A stretch of 64,000 nt of DNA from Planctomycetota bacterium (lineage in GTDB: Bacteria; Planctomycetota; B15-G4; JADJEK01): assembly GCA_044225365.1 (NCBI GenBank), contig JBGAIQ010000001.1, positions 64,001-128,000 of the forward strand, given 5' to 3'. The notes beneath the pieces are model-generated. The model was not told where the DNA came from, did no database searches, and worked only from the letters and a program-made list of their open reading frames with translations. The position numbers and the translations under genes were made by a program. Positions 21,273 to 31,339 of the stretch are shown here, piece after piece (within the stretch, counting starts at the first letter, position 1; each line of letters starts with the position of its first letter).

Positions 21273-22583
21273 GTGGCGCGGTCAACCTCCAGATTCTCTG
21301 CCTCGGTCGCTGTCGTTGGATTCGCGCTGCTCGCGCTGACTCCCGCCGCACCCACCGCCGTTCGCCGTTGTGAAGTCGTCTTCATCCACCTCTACCGCGT
21401 CGTCGACTTCCTCGTCGCGCGCGTGCGAGCGTCCGTTCATGGGCCGCGCCCGGCCGTCGCGCCCGCACTGCCCGAAGCGATCCAGGATCAACTGCGGCGC
21501 GGCCTCGCGAGCTGGGATGCGACGCTGCGATCGGGGAACAAGACGCATTCACCGAAGTTGCTCTCCGCCATCGCGAGGATCATCTCGATCGATCGCACGA
21601 AGCGACGGCTGCTCGTCGATGCCGGCCCGGGTCGATCACTCGAGCCGGGCGACCCCGTCAGCGCCGGCGAGTTCGTCGTCGGTCGAGTTGCGCATGCGCA
21701 GGACGGCGTTGCGGTCGTCGAGACTCCGTGGACGCCGGAGGCGCGGTTCGCGGGATCGTGCTTGTCGGAGGGTGCGTTCGCCGGCCCGGTCCGTTTCGTG
21801 ATGCGCGGACTCGATCGCGAAGAGGCGGTCGCCGCCGCCACCAATCCCGAGCGACGCGAAGGGCTGCGCGATGGGGCGCTGGTCGAGGTTCCCGCGCTCG
21901 ACGATCTCCTTCCCCCCACCGTCGCACGCCTTCCCGAGAAGCTCGTCCTCGGGCGCCTCAAGGTCGACGAGTGGCTGCTCAAGGCGAGCGGCGAGGTCGC
22001 GTATCTCGTCTACCCCGCGATCGACCTCGAGATGCTCGATGCCGTCGCCATCGGAGTCCCGCGCGACCGCAAGCATCCGTTCCGGGACAAGGAATTCGAG
22101 GTCCATGAGTCGACGACGCTGTCGTGCGGATTGCTGTCGAGCTGGCGCGACGGGTCCGCGCTGATCGCCTACGACGTGCCCGTCGGCGCGGCCGTCCTCA
22201 CCGAAGGGCGACTCACGGGCACGGTCGAGGACAGCCTGCTCGGCGCGGTGCGCGTGCGGGGCATCTTCGATCCCGGTCGTTCGCTCTCGGTGCTCGTGAT
22301 CGGCCAGGACGAAGCGTTTCCGGCCCTCGTCGACGTGATCGGACACGCTCACGACCGGGCCCGGCTTCGCGTGACTCGCTTGCCGCAGAACCGCAGGTTG
22401 GCGAAGGGGGATCTCCTGGCGACCGCCGGGAAGGGCCCGCACATCGAGCGCGGCCTGCTGCTCGGCCAGGTGATCGGTGTCGATGGCGATGTCGTCGAGG
22501 TCGACGCGCCCACCCCAGAGCGGGGCAGTCCCTCGACCGTGGCGAGCCGCGACGGGTATCCCGCGAATCCGTGGGGGAGCTGA
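21273..22583 (+). CDS. mreC: MreC-like protein, apparently with two tandem MreC cores
   Basis: Lies between mreB and mreD. Motifs GDPVSAGEFVVGRV and GAAVLTEGRLTGTV...KGDLLATAG...GLLLGQV. Start uncertain (GTG). Confidence 0.7.
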   Translation: MARSTSRFSASVAVVGFALLALTPAAPTAVRRCEVVFIHLYRVVDFLVARVRASVHGPRPAVAPALPEAIQDQLRRGLASWDATLRSGNKTHSPKLLSAIARIISIDRTKRRLLVDAGPGRSLEPGDPVSAGEFVVGRVAHAQDGVAVVETPWTPEARFAGSCLSEGAFAGPVRFVMRGLDREEAVAAATNPERREGLRDGALVEVPALDDLLPPTVARLPEKLVLGRLKVDEWLLKASGEVAYLVYPAIDLEMLDAVAIGVPRDRKHPFRDKEFEVHESTTLSCGLLSSWRDGSALIAYDVPVGAAVLTEGRLTGTVEDSLLGAVRVRGIFDPGRSLSVLVIGQDEAFPALVDVIGHAHDRARLRVTRLPQNRRLAKGDLLATAGKGPHIERGLLLGQVIGVDGDVVEVDAPTPERGSPSTVASRDGYPANPWGS

Positions 22584-23053
22584 TGGCGCAGCTTCCCTTC
22601 CTCCTGATCTCGGCGTTCCTGTTCTACGTGCAGGCAACCCTCGCGCGCATGACGGATTTCTGTCCGGACATTGGACCCGTCCTCGCGGTCTATCTCGGGC
22701 TCTTCGCACGGCGCGAGCGGATCGGCATCGCCGCGCTCCTGCTCGGACTCCTGCGCGCCTCCCTCGACCTCGAACCCGCGGCGGCGATCGTGCTGCTCTA
22801 CCTCGCGGTCGCGCAGGCCGTCGTCCTGATTCGTGAAGTGGTTTACACCGACCGCATGGTCTCGCAGTGGATCGTGACCTTCGCCGGCACGGCGCTGTAC
22901 ACGATCCTCTATCGAATCGCTTCTCTCGCACTCCCGATGGGTGCGGCGAGTGGAAACGGTATGATGGGCCGCCTGGCGGTTGCGACACTCGGAGCGACGC
23001 TCGTCGCTCCTTTGATCATGAGCTTGCTGCGCGTATTGCGCGTCGGGCCATGA
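22583..23053 (+). CDS. mreD: MreD-like membrane protein
   Basis: 156 aa, about 5 TM helices, PD motif (FCPDIG) and LLGLLR. TGATG coupling with mreC. Confidence 0.7.
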   Translation: MAQLPFLLISAFLFYVQATLARMTDFCPDIGPVLAVYLGLFARRERIGIAALLLGLLRASLDLEPAAAIVLLYLAVAQAVVLIREVVYTDRMVSQWIVTFAGTALYTILYRIASLALPMGAASGNGMMGRLAVATLGATLVAPLIMSLLRVLRVGP

Positions 23054-23091
23054 CGAATTTCGGCGCGTTCGCACTGCTCGCGACGTGAGCC

Positions 23092-25398
23092 ATGATTCTC
23101 GAACGGTTGCGGTGGTTGACGTGGATCTTCGTGCTCTTGTTCGCCGTCGTCGACGCGCGACTGGCGCATCTGCAATTCGTCGCGCGTGATTTCTGGGAGG
23201 GCGAAGCCCGAGCGACACGCGAGGACGGCGAATTCGTCCCGTTCCGACGCGGCGCCATTCTCGATCGCTTCGGCAAACCCCTCGCCGTCGGCGAGATCGA
23301 TCAGACTCTGAATCTGCTCTACTCGAAGTTCCGTCGCGAGACGCCGCTCGGGCAGATCTCCGCGGGCGTGCGCACGATGATCGACGATCTCGGTCGAAGC
23401 GATCTCGAACAACCCGCGATGCACGAGATCCTGCAGCAACCGGAGCGTTGGACGCGCGCGCTGCTCTCGGAGAGTCAGGCCGATCTCGCGAAGGCGCCGC
23501 GCAGCGTTCGCTACGACTACTGGTTCTACACTCGCTCGCTCCTCGGGATGACGGAGAAGGAATTCCGAGCCGCGCGCGAGGCGACGCCGCTCGACAAGCC
23601 GTTCTCCGAACTCGTACCGGACGCGATTCCGCGTGCAGTGGCTCGCATCAAGGTCCAGGCAGATGCGCTGCGCGAGCTCGCTGCGGCGATCGGGCAGGAT
23701 CGGCCATGGCTCGTCACGACGATCGAGAACAAGCTCGCGGACCTCGAAACGCAGATCTCGAAGCAGGTCGCAGCGGCGCGGTCGAAGAGCGACGGTCAGG
23801 GTGGCGACGACCTGAAAGCGCGATCCGACGCAAAAGTGGTTCGGCCGATCCGCCAGGACTACGAGAGCCGACTCCAGTTGCTCTCACGCGGCATTCCGTA
23901 CAAAGCGGTCTTCCTGGTGAACACGACGCCGGACCGCTTCGCCGGTTTCGAGATCCGCGACATCGATTCACGGCGTTACCCGGCGAAGTACGAGAACATC
24001 GCACCGATGTTGATCGGCTGGGTCGGCGATGCGCCGCCCGCGCTCTGCGAAGTAACGCGTCAGCACGAACTGCGCCTTCGTGAACTCGAGAGCCGCGAAC
24101 CCGAGGCGATCGACGACGACGCCGCCCGCGAGATCGAGCAACTGAAGCACACGATCCGTTCCGACGACTACCGTCCCGAGGAGCAGCTCGGTCGCGAGGG
24201 GATGGAAGGCGTCCTCGAAGCGGCGCTGCGCGGTCATCGCGGCTGGAAGCGCGTGAAGCACGATCGCGCTCAGCGCGACGTCGAGCTGCTCGACGAGGAT
24301 CAACCGATCGACGGTCAGGACGTGCGTCTGACGCTCGATGCCGAACTCCAACTCGCCGCCGAGCGCGCGATGGAGCATTTCCATCATCAGGGTTCGGTCG
24401 TGCTCCTCGATCCCGAGGATGGCGCGATCCGCGCGATGGCGACGTGGCCGAATCCGACGCGCGAGCAGATCAAGAACGACTACAGCGAGCTGGTGGAGGA
24501 CAAGCTGCATCCGTTGTTCCACCGCGCGTTCCACATGCCGGGCAATCCGCCGCCGCCGGGATCGGTGTTCAAGCTCGTGGTCGCGGCCGCGGGCCTCGAG
24601 AGCGGAGTGCTCGGGGAGTTCACGGAGCACTTTTGCGCAAAGGAGTTCGACGCGCACGGGATGATTCTTCATTGTCTCTTCCACCACGGAACCCTGAGTC
24701 TGAAGGACGCGATCGAGAAGTCGTGCAATGTCTACTTCTACGAGACCGGCGCCGCGCTCGGCTATGCGCGGATCACCGACATGGCTCGTCGCTTCGGCAT
24801 CGGCACCCCGAGTGGATTCGGCGATCCGCGGAAGCTCGGACTCGGCGGTGAATCGCGCGCCGTCGTCGAGGACAAGTGGCTGCCGCCGGCGAAGAGCACG
24901 AGCTACGCGTTCACGCTGCAGAGCGCGATCGGACAGGCCGCGTTCGACGACATCACGCCCCTGCAGGTCGCGACGTTCGTCGCGCCGTTCGCCAACGGCG
25001 GCGATCGTGTCACGCCGTACCTCGTCGACCGCATCGGGGATGCGCCGGCGCCGCACACGCCGCCCGAGAAGATCGGTCTCAAGCCGTCGACGATCCGGAT
25101 CATCGATGACGCGATGAAGATGGTCGTGGAGCCGCCGCACGGAACGGCGCGTCCCGAGAACGGCCAGGACCTGCGGCTCTGGAGAGTGGCGGGAAAGACT
25201 GGCACACCGGAGGTCGAGCGCGGTGAGGACCACGCGTGGTTCGCGGGATATTTCCCCGCCGAGAATCCGACGCTCGTGTTCGCCTTCTATGCCGAAGCGA
25301 TCGGCAAGCACGGCGGCACCGTTGGACGCCCATTCATGTTCGACCTGCTCTCGCAGCCCGAGCTCGAGAGCTACGTGAAGAAGACGGTGACGAAGTGA
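23092..25398 (+). CDS. mrdA: Class B penicillin-binding protein 2
   Basis: N-terminal TM and RGAILDRFG. Transpeptidase motifs SVFK (SxxK), SCN (SxN) and KTG; HAWFAGY. Confidence 0.92.
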   Translation: MILERLRWLTWIFVLLFAVVDARLAHLQFVARDFWEGEARATREDGEFVPFRRGAILDRFGKPLAVGEIDQTLNLLYSKFRRETPLGQISAGVRTMIDDLGRSDLEQPAMHEILQQPERWTRALLSESQADLAKAPRSVRYDYWFYTRSLLGMTEKEFRAAREATPLDKPFSELVPDAIPRAVARIKVQADALRELAAAIGQDRPWLVTTIENKLADLETQISKQVAAARSKSDGQGGDDLKARSDAKVVRPIRQDYESRLQLLSRGIPYKAVFLVNTTPDRFAGFEIRDIDSRRYPAKYENIAPMLIGWVGDAPPALCEVTRQHELRLRELESREPEAIDDDAAREIEQLKHTIRSDDYRPEEQLGREGMEGVLEAALRGHRGWKRVKHDRAQRDVELLDEDQPIDGQDVRLTLDAELQLAAERAMEHFHHQGSVVLLDPEDGAIRAMATWPNPTREQIKNDYSELVEDKLHPLFHRAFHMPGNPPPPGSVFKLVVAAAGLESGVLGEFTEHFCAKEFDAHGMILHCLFHHGTLSLKDAIEKSCNVYFYETGAALGYARITDMARRFGIGTPSGFGDPRKLGLGGESRAVVEDKWLPPAKSTSYAFTLQSAIGQAAFDDITPLQVATFVAPFANGGDRVTPYLVDRIGDAPAPHTPPEKIGLKPSTIRIIDDAMKMVVEPPHGTARPENGQDLRLWRVAGKTGTPEVERGEDHAWFAGYFPAENPTLVFAFYAEAIGKHGGTVGRPFMFDLLSQPELESYVKKTVTK

Positions 25399-26624
25399 AG
25401 TCGCGCGCGCTCGCCATCGACGACTTCGACTGGCACCTCCTCGCGGTGGCGCTCGTCCTCACGTTGATCGGCTTCGCCTTCGTCTGGTCGACGACGACGA
25501 CTCCGGAGAACGAGGGCGGTCTCCTCTATCGTCAGATGCTCTACGCCGGCGCCGCGCTCCCAATGGTCGCGGTGATGATCCGCGTGCCGTACCCGTCGCT
25601 CGCGCGGGGAATGTTGCAGACCGCGTACGTGCTCGGAATCGGTGTTCTCGTCGTCCTGCTCATGCGGCGCGGTGACGAAGTGCGCAACACGCAGGCCTTC
25701 TTTCGTCTGCCCTTCGATTTCTCGCTGCAGCCCTCCGAGTTCATCAAAGTGTTGCTCATCCCGACGCTCGCGCTCTACCTGCGCCACAAGCCCGCGCCGC
25801 GGACCGTGCGCGAGCTCCTGATTCCGACGCTCATCGTCGGTGTGCCGGCGGCGCTCATCGCGAAGCAGCCCGACCTCGGATCCGCCGTGATCCTCGTCCC
25901 CGTGCTCGCGGCCATGTTGTTCTGCGCCGGAACGCGGCTGTGGCTCATGATCTCGATCGGTCTCGTGATCGCGGTGGTCGCCGTCGCCTACTACTTCTCG
26001 CCCTTGATGTACGACTACCAGCGCGAGCGCATCCGCAGCTTCTTCCAGTCGATCCCGCAGCAGACCGAGCTCGCGCGGCAGCATCGGGCGAAGGGCGAAC
26101 ACGCGGAGGCCGAGAAGGTCGAGAAGGGCCTGCGTCAGTTGAAGCAGGGCAGCAACCTGCAGGTCTACCACGCGATGATTTCGATCGGCTCGGGCGGCGC
26201 GTTCGGCGCGGGCATCCATCGCGGCGAGCACAACAAGCTGAACTTCCTGCCCGAGCGACACAACGATTTCATCTTCGCCGTGATCGGAGAGGAGTGGGGC
26301 TACATCGGCGGCACGATCGTGCTCGCGCTCTACTTCCTGCTCGTGACGCTGATCTTGAACATTGCACGGCGCACTCGCGACACGTTCGGGCGATTGATCT
26401 GCGTCGGCGTCGCGACGATGTTCGGTTTCCAGATCTTCCTCAACACGGGCGTCGCGAGCGGCATCCTGCCCGTGACCGGTGTGACGCTGCCCTTCTTGTC
26501 GTTCGGCGGTTCGTCGATGCTCGCCTCGTACCTCGCGGTCTCGCTCGTGCTCTCCGTCGGCGCGCATCGCGTGACGGTGCTCGATGGCAATACGTTCCAT
26601 CGCCTCAGCATGAGCTCGACGTGA
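25395..26624 (+). CDS. rodA: SEDS glycosyltransferase RodA
   Basis: QPSEFIK, KQPDLGSA, IGSGG, LPERHNDFIF, GEEWG and PVTGVTLPFLSFGGSS. GTGA overlap with pbp2. Confidence 0.93.
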   Translation: MKSRALAIDDFDWHLLAVALVLTLIGFAFVWSTTTTPENEGGLLYRQMLYAGAALPMVAVMIRVPYPSLARGMLQTAYVLGIGVLVVLLMRRGDEVRNTQAFFRLPFDFSLQPSEFIKVLLIPTLALYLRHKPAPRTVRELLIPTLIVGVPAALIAKQPDLGSAVILVPVLAAMLFCAGTRLWLMISIGLVIAVVAVAYYFSPLMYDYQRERIRSFFQSIPQQTELARQHRAKGEHAEAEKVEKGLRQLKQGSNLQVYHAMISIGSGGAFGAGIHRGEHNKLNFLPERHNDFIFAVIGEEWGYIGGTIVLALYFLLVTLILNIARRTRDTFGRLICVGVATMFGFQIFLNTGVASGILPVTGVTLPFLSFGGSSMLASYLAVSLVLSVGAHRVTVLDGNTFHRLSMSST

Positions 26625-27718
26625 AGCCGCTGCTGCAGGGCATTCGCATCCTCGATCTCTCGCGCATCCTCGCGGGTCCCTTCGCGACCCAGCTCCTCGC
26701 CGATCTCGGCGCCACGGTGATCAAGGTCGAGCCCCTCGGCGGCGATCCGACGCGGACCTGGGGACCGCCGTTCGCGCCAAATGGGCAGAGCGCGTACTTC
26801 CGGTGCGCGAATCGCGGGAAGACGAAGATCGAGCTCGATCTGAGGTCGGAGGAAGGGCGTGCGATCGTCGACGCTGAATTGCGGAAGGCCGACGTCGTCG
26901 TGGAGAACTTCCTGCCGCGCTCGGCGCGCGACCTCGGTCTCGATGCGAAAGCGCTGCGTGCGCGCTTCCCGCGACTCGTCATCGCGTCGATTCGAAGCTT
27001 CGCGTCCGACACGGAGGCGAAGGACCGCGCGGGATACGATTTCCTGATGCAGGCCGAAGCGGGCTGGATGCAGATCACGGGCGAGGTCGACGGAAGGCCG
27101 CACAAGGTCGGAGTCGCGCTCGTCGACGTGCTCGCGGGACTGTACGCGAGCAACGCGATCCAGGCAGCGCTGCTGCATCGCGAGAGGACGAGCGAAGGAA
27201 CGCACGTCGAGATCCCGCTCTTCGAGACCGCGCTCGCCGGGCTCGTCAACGTCGGATCCTCCGCGCTGCTCACCGGCGCTCGTCCCGAGCGATTCGGCAA
27301 CGCGCATCCCAACATCGTGCCGTATCAGTCGATCCGGTGCCGCGATGGCGAGATCGCGATCGCGGTGGGGAACGATCGACAGTTCAAGGATCTCTGCGCA
27401 GCGCTGGGGATCGACGTATTGCCGGAATGGTCGAGCAACCCGGGTCGAGTCCAGCACCGTGCCGCCGTCATCGCGGCGATCGAACGCGCGACCGCGAGTC
27501 TTCTCGTCGCCGACGTCGAGCGTCTGTGCGCAGACCACGAGGTCGCGGCGGGCCCGATCCGCGGCGTGGAGGAAGCGCTAGCACTCCCGCCCGGGATGCT
27601 GCATCGCGCGGTTCACGTTCTCGCGGATCCGGCGAGTGGAGAGGGCGTTCGAGTCGTGGGATCGCCGATCCTCGTCGATGGGGATCGCGCTTGCGCGACG
27701 ACCCCGCCACCGCTTTGA
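26621..27718 (+). CDS. Family III CoA-transferase (CaiB/BaiF)
   Basis: LQGIRILDLSRILAGPFATQLLADLGATVIKVE, NRGK, DVVVENF, GYDFLMQA and catalytic D in ALVDVLAG. GTGA overlap with rodA. Confidence 0.92.
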   Translation: MKPLLQGIRILDLSRILAGPFATQLLADLGATVIKVEPLGGDPTRTWGPPFAPNGQSAYFRCANRGKTKIELDLRSEEGRAIVDAELRKADVVVENFLPRSARDLGLDAKALRARFPRLVIASIRSFASDTEAKDRAGYDFLMQAEAGWMQITGEVDGRPHKVGVALVDVLAGLYASNAIQAALLHRERTSEGTHVEIPLFETALAGLVNVGSSALLTGARPERFGNAHPNIVPYQSIRCRDGEIAIAVGNDRQFKDLCAALGIDVLPEWSSNPGRVQHRAAVIAAIERATASLLVADVERLCADHEVAAGPIRGVEEALALPPGMLHRAVHVLADPASGEGVRVVGSPILVDGDRACATTPPPL

Positions 27719-27870
27719 GTCCAATCCGCGGCGAACACTTCGTGGAACCCACCGCGCACGCTGAGTAGACTCCACGCGAACTCACGACCCTTCCGCAGGC
27801 GAGGGCGTCGAAGCTCCCGTGCCCGACGATTCGGGCGTCGCTCCTGCGGAGTCGTGAGGCGAGAACCAGC

Positions 27871-28197
27871 ATGAACCAGATCGCGCTCGGAATGGTCGAG
27901 ACTCGCGGACTCGTCGGTGCCGTGGAAGCCGCGGACGCCATGGTGAAGGCCGCGAAGGTCACCCTCATCGGCAAGGAGAAGGTCGGCGGGGGATTCACGA
28001 CCGTGATGGTTCGTGGCGAAGTCGGAGCGGTGAAGGCCGCGACCGAGGCTGGCGCAGCCGCCGCGCGACGCGTGGGTGAACTGGTCTCCGTCCACGTGAT
28101 CCCGCGCCCGCATCCCGAGGTCGAGAAGCTCCTGCCGAAGCTCTCCGCGCCCGGCGTGATCGGTGGCAACGACGCCAACGCCGACAACAACGACTGA
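27871..28197 (+). CDS. BMC hexamer shell protein (BMC-H, PduA/EutM-like) with C-terminal tail
   Basis: [34 protein letters not shown] and HVIPRPH. Confidence 0.95.
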   Translation: MNQIALGMVETRGLVGAVEAADAMVKAAKVTLIGKEKVGGGFTTVMVRGEVGAVKAATEAGAAAARRVGELVSVHVIPRPHPEVEKLLPKLSAPGVIGGNDANADNND

Positions 28198-28236
28198 ACG
28201 GCCTCCTGAACGATCGAACGGAAGGACGCTCTCTCG

Positions 28237-29697
28237 ATGTCCCTGAAAGACGCCGATCTGCTCTCGATCCAGGAGGGCCGCGAACATCTGCGCCGCGCGC
28301 ACGACGCGTTCAAGATCTATCGCAAGTTCGACCAGGCGCGGGTCGATCGCATCACGCTCGCGATGGTGGAGGCGGGAGCCCGCGCGGCCGAGAGTCTCGG
28401 ACGACTCGCGGTCGACGAGACCGGGATCGGCGTCGTTGCGTCGAAGAAGGACAAGAATCTGTTCTCCACGCTGAATGTGTGGGAGGACATCAAGGATCTG
28501 AAGACGTGTGGAGTCGTCCTCCGCGACGAAGCCCGCGGCTTCCATCAGATCGCGGAGCCCTACGGCGTCGTGCTCGCGATCGTGCCGACGACGAATCCTA
28601 CGTCGACCGCGCTCTTCAAGGCGATCATCGCCGCGAAGACTCGCAACGCCATCGTGGTCTCGCCGCACCCGCGCGCCGTGCGCTGCATCGCCGAGTCGGT
28701 GCGGATCGTGCGCGAAGCCGCCGAGCGCAATGGCGCCCCGAGCGGACTCATCGCCTGCATCGAGCGACCGACGATCGAAGGCACGCAGGCCGCGATGCGC
28801 GATCGCAACACCGATCTCATCCTCGCGACGGGCGGGCCGGACCTCGTTCGCGCGGCGTACTCCGCGGGCAAGCCGGCGTACGGCGTCGGTCCCGGCAACG
28901 TCCCCGTGTGGATCGATCGCAGCGCCGATCTTGCGATCGCGGCGAAGGGCGTGGTCGCTTCGCAGACGTTCGACAACGGCACGATCTGCGCGTCCGAGCA
29001 GTCGCTCGTGATCGACGCTCCGATCCACGACGCCATGATGAAGCAGTTCGTCGCGCACGGCGCCTACGTCGTGAACGCGGCCGAGAAGAAGCTCCTCGAG
29101 GGTGTGGTCGCAAAGGGCGGGAGGATGAACCCCGACGTCGTCGGGCAGTATCCCGTGAAGATCGCGAGGATGGCCGGTTTCTCGATCCCCGAGAAGACCA
29201 CCGTGCTGCTCGTGCCGGAGACCGGGGTCGGTCGCGAATTCCCGCTCTCGCTCGAAAAGCTCTGTCCGCTGCTCACGGTATACGTCGCGGACGGTTGGAA
29301 GGCGGGCTGCGAGCGCTGCATCGAAGTGCTCGAGTACGGCGGGCTCGGTCACACGCTCGGGATCTACGCGACGGACACCAAGGTGATCTGGGCGTTCGCC
29401 GAGGAGAAGCCGTCGCATCGCATCATCGTGAACGGTCCGACCTCGCAAGGAGCCGTCGGCTATTCGACGCATCTGCGACCGTCGATGACGCTCGGGTGCG
29501 GCGCGTCCGGCAACAACATCACGTCGGACAACGTGTCGGCGCAGAACCTGATGCTCATGAAGCACGTCGGCTTCACGAAGCCGGGATTCGTCGAGAAGTA
29601 CGTCGTTCCGGCGCGACCGCCCTACATTGGCGCCGTGAGCCCGGGATTCGAGGGTCGCGAGACCTCGTCCGTGCCCGGTCCGTCGCGCCCGAAGTGA
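28237..29697 (+). CDS. CoA-acylating aldehyde dehydrogenase (EutE/PduP-like), BMC-associated
   Basis: PTTNPTST, LATGG, GVGPGN, catalytic Cys in FDNGTICASEQ, EKLCP, GHT and PSMTLGCG. Confidence 0.92.
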   Translation: MSLKDADLLSIQEGREHLRRAHDAFKIYRKFDQARVDRITLAMVEAGARAAESLGRLAVDETGIGVVASKKDKNLFSTLNVWEDIKDLKTCGVVLRDEARGFHQIAEPYGVVLAIVPTTNPTSTALFKAIIAAKTRNAIVVSPHPRAVRCIAESVRIVREAAERNGAPSGLIACIERPTIEGTQAAMRDRNTDLILATGGPDLVRAAYSAGKPAYGVGPGNVPVWIDRSADLAIAAKGVVASQTFDNGTICASEQSLVIDAPIHDAMMKQFVAHGAYVVNAAEKKLLEGVVAKGGRMNPDVVGQYPVKIARMAGFSIPEKTTVLLVPETGVGREFPLSLEKLCPLLTVYVADGWKAGCERCIEVLEYGGLGHTLGIYATDTKVIWAFAEEKPSHRIIVNGPTSQGAVGYSTHLRPSMTLGCGASGNNITSDNVSAQNLMLMKHVGFTKPGFVEKYVVPARPPYIGAVSPGFEGRETSSVPGPSRPK

Positions 29698-29760
29698 AGT
29701 GAACACAGCATCGATTCGCCCCCAAGGCGGTGAATCGCAGAAACGAGGAGTCCGTCACAC

Positions 29761-30078
<318 letters not shown>

Positions 30079-30714
30079 ATGGCGGGCATCGACCTCCGCA
30101 CCTTCGTCTTCCTCGACGCGATGCAGCCGCAGTTCGCGTCGTACGTCGCGTCGACGGCGAAGGGGTATCTTCCGGTCGCGGGGCAGGCCTCGCTGTGGGT
30201 CGAGATCGCACCCGGGATCGCGATCAATCGCGTGACCGACGTCGCGCTGAAGAGCGACGACGTGCGCCCGGCACTGCAGGTCGTGGAGCGCGCGTTCGGC
30301 GTCCTCGAGATCCACGCGGCCTCGCAATCGTCCGTGCTCTCTGCGGGTCGTGCGATGCTGGACTACCTCGGCGTGAAGGAGACCGATCGACTGCGGCCGC
30401 GAGTGATGTCGTCCGAGATCATCACCGGCGTCGATCACTATCAGACGATGCTGGTCAATCGGTCGCGCATGGGCAACATGCTGCTCGGGGGCGAGACGCT
30501 CTACATCCTCGAGACGCATCCCGCGGCGTATGCCGTGCTCGCCGCGAACGAAGCGGAGAAAGCGGCACCGATCAAATTGATCGACGTGCGACCGATCGGC
30601 GCGTTCGGGCGCCTCTACCTCGGCGGATCCGAGGCGGCGATCCGCGAAGCGGCCGCCGCGGCCGAGCAGGCGCTGGAGAACGTCCAGGGCCGAGCGAACG
30701 ACAACCCGCGTTGA
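30079..30714 (+). CDS. BMC tandem-domain shell protein, BMC-T(dp) type (CcmP/CsoS1D-like)
   Basis: [42 protein letters not shown] and [10 protein letters not shown]. Confidence 0.9.
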   Translation: MAGIDLRTFVFLDAMQPQFASYVASTAKGYLPVAGQASLWVEIAPGIAINRVTDVALKSDDVRPALQVVERAFGVLEIHAASQSSVLSAGRAMLDYLGVKETDRLRPRVMSSEIITGVDHYQTMLVNRSRMGNMLLGGETLYILETHPAAYAVLAANEAEKAAPIKLIDVRPIGAFGRLYLGGSEAAIREAAAAAEQALENVQGRANDNPR

Positions 30715-30745
30715 GCGCCATGGGAACTCCACGAGCCTCCATCGC

Positions 30746-31336
30746 ATGAGCGCCTACGCCCACGAGCCGTGCATCGGACTCCTCGAACTCGCGAGCATCG
30801 CTCGCGGCGTCGAGGTCGTCGATGCGGTGATGAAGGCGGCGAGCGTGGACGTCCTCTTCTCCCGGCCCTTCAGTCCCGGCAAGTATGCGCTGCTCGTCAC
30901 AGGTTCGGTCGACGACGTGCGTTCGGGTCTTCGCGTCGGCGCGGAGATCGCGGGCGAGGACCTGCTCGACGAGATCGTGATCCCGAACATCGCGGACGGC
31001 GTGCTCGCGTGCCTGTCGCGACCGATCGCCGTTCCCGTCCTCGACGCGATCGGAATCGTCGAGACGAGCACGATCGCGTCGACGCTGCTCGCCGCGGACG
31101 CCGCCAGCAAGCGGGGGAGCGTCACGTTGTTCGAGATGCGCTTCGCGCAAGGGATCGGCGGCAAGTCGTACTTCACGCTCACGGGCGAGGTCTCCGACGT
31201 CGAGGCATCGATCCTCGCGGGCGCGGAGTCGGCGCGGGAACGCGGCACGCTGGTTCATCGCGTCGTGGTGCCGCGTCCGCACGAGTCGCTTCGCGATGTG
31301 ATCGCGCGTCACGAGCACCCGCTGGGAGGCTCGTAG
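30746..31336 (+). CDS. BMC tandem-domain shell protein, BMC-T(s) type (PduT-like)
   Basis: IGLLELASIARG, SPGKY, AIGIVET, GIGGKS, GEVSDV and VVPRPH. Confidence 0.9.
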   Translation: MSAYAHEPCIGLLELASIARGVEVVDAVMKAASVDVLFSRPFSPGKYALLVTGSVDDVRSGLRVGAEIAGEDLLDEIVIPNIADGVLACLSRPIAVPVLDAIGIVETSTIASTLLAADAASKRGSVTLFEMRFAQGIGGKSYFTLTGEVSDVEASILAGAESARERGTLVHRVVVPRPHESLRDVIARHEHPLGGS

Positions 31337-31339
31337 GCG

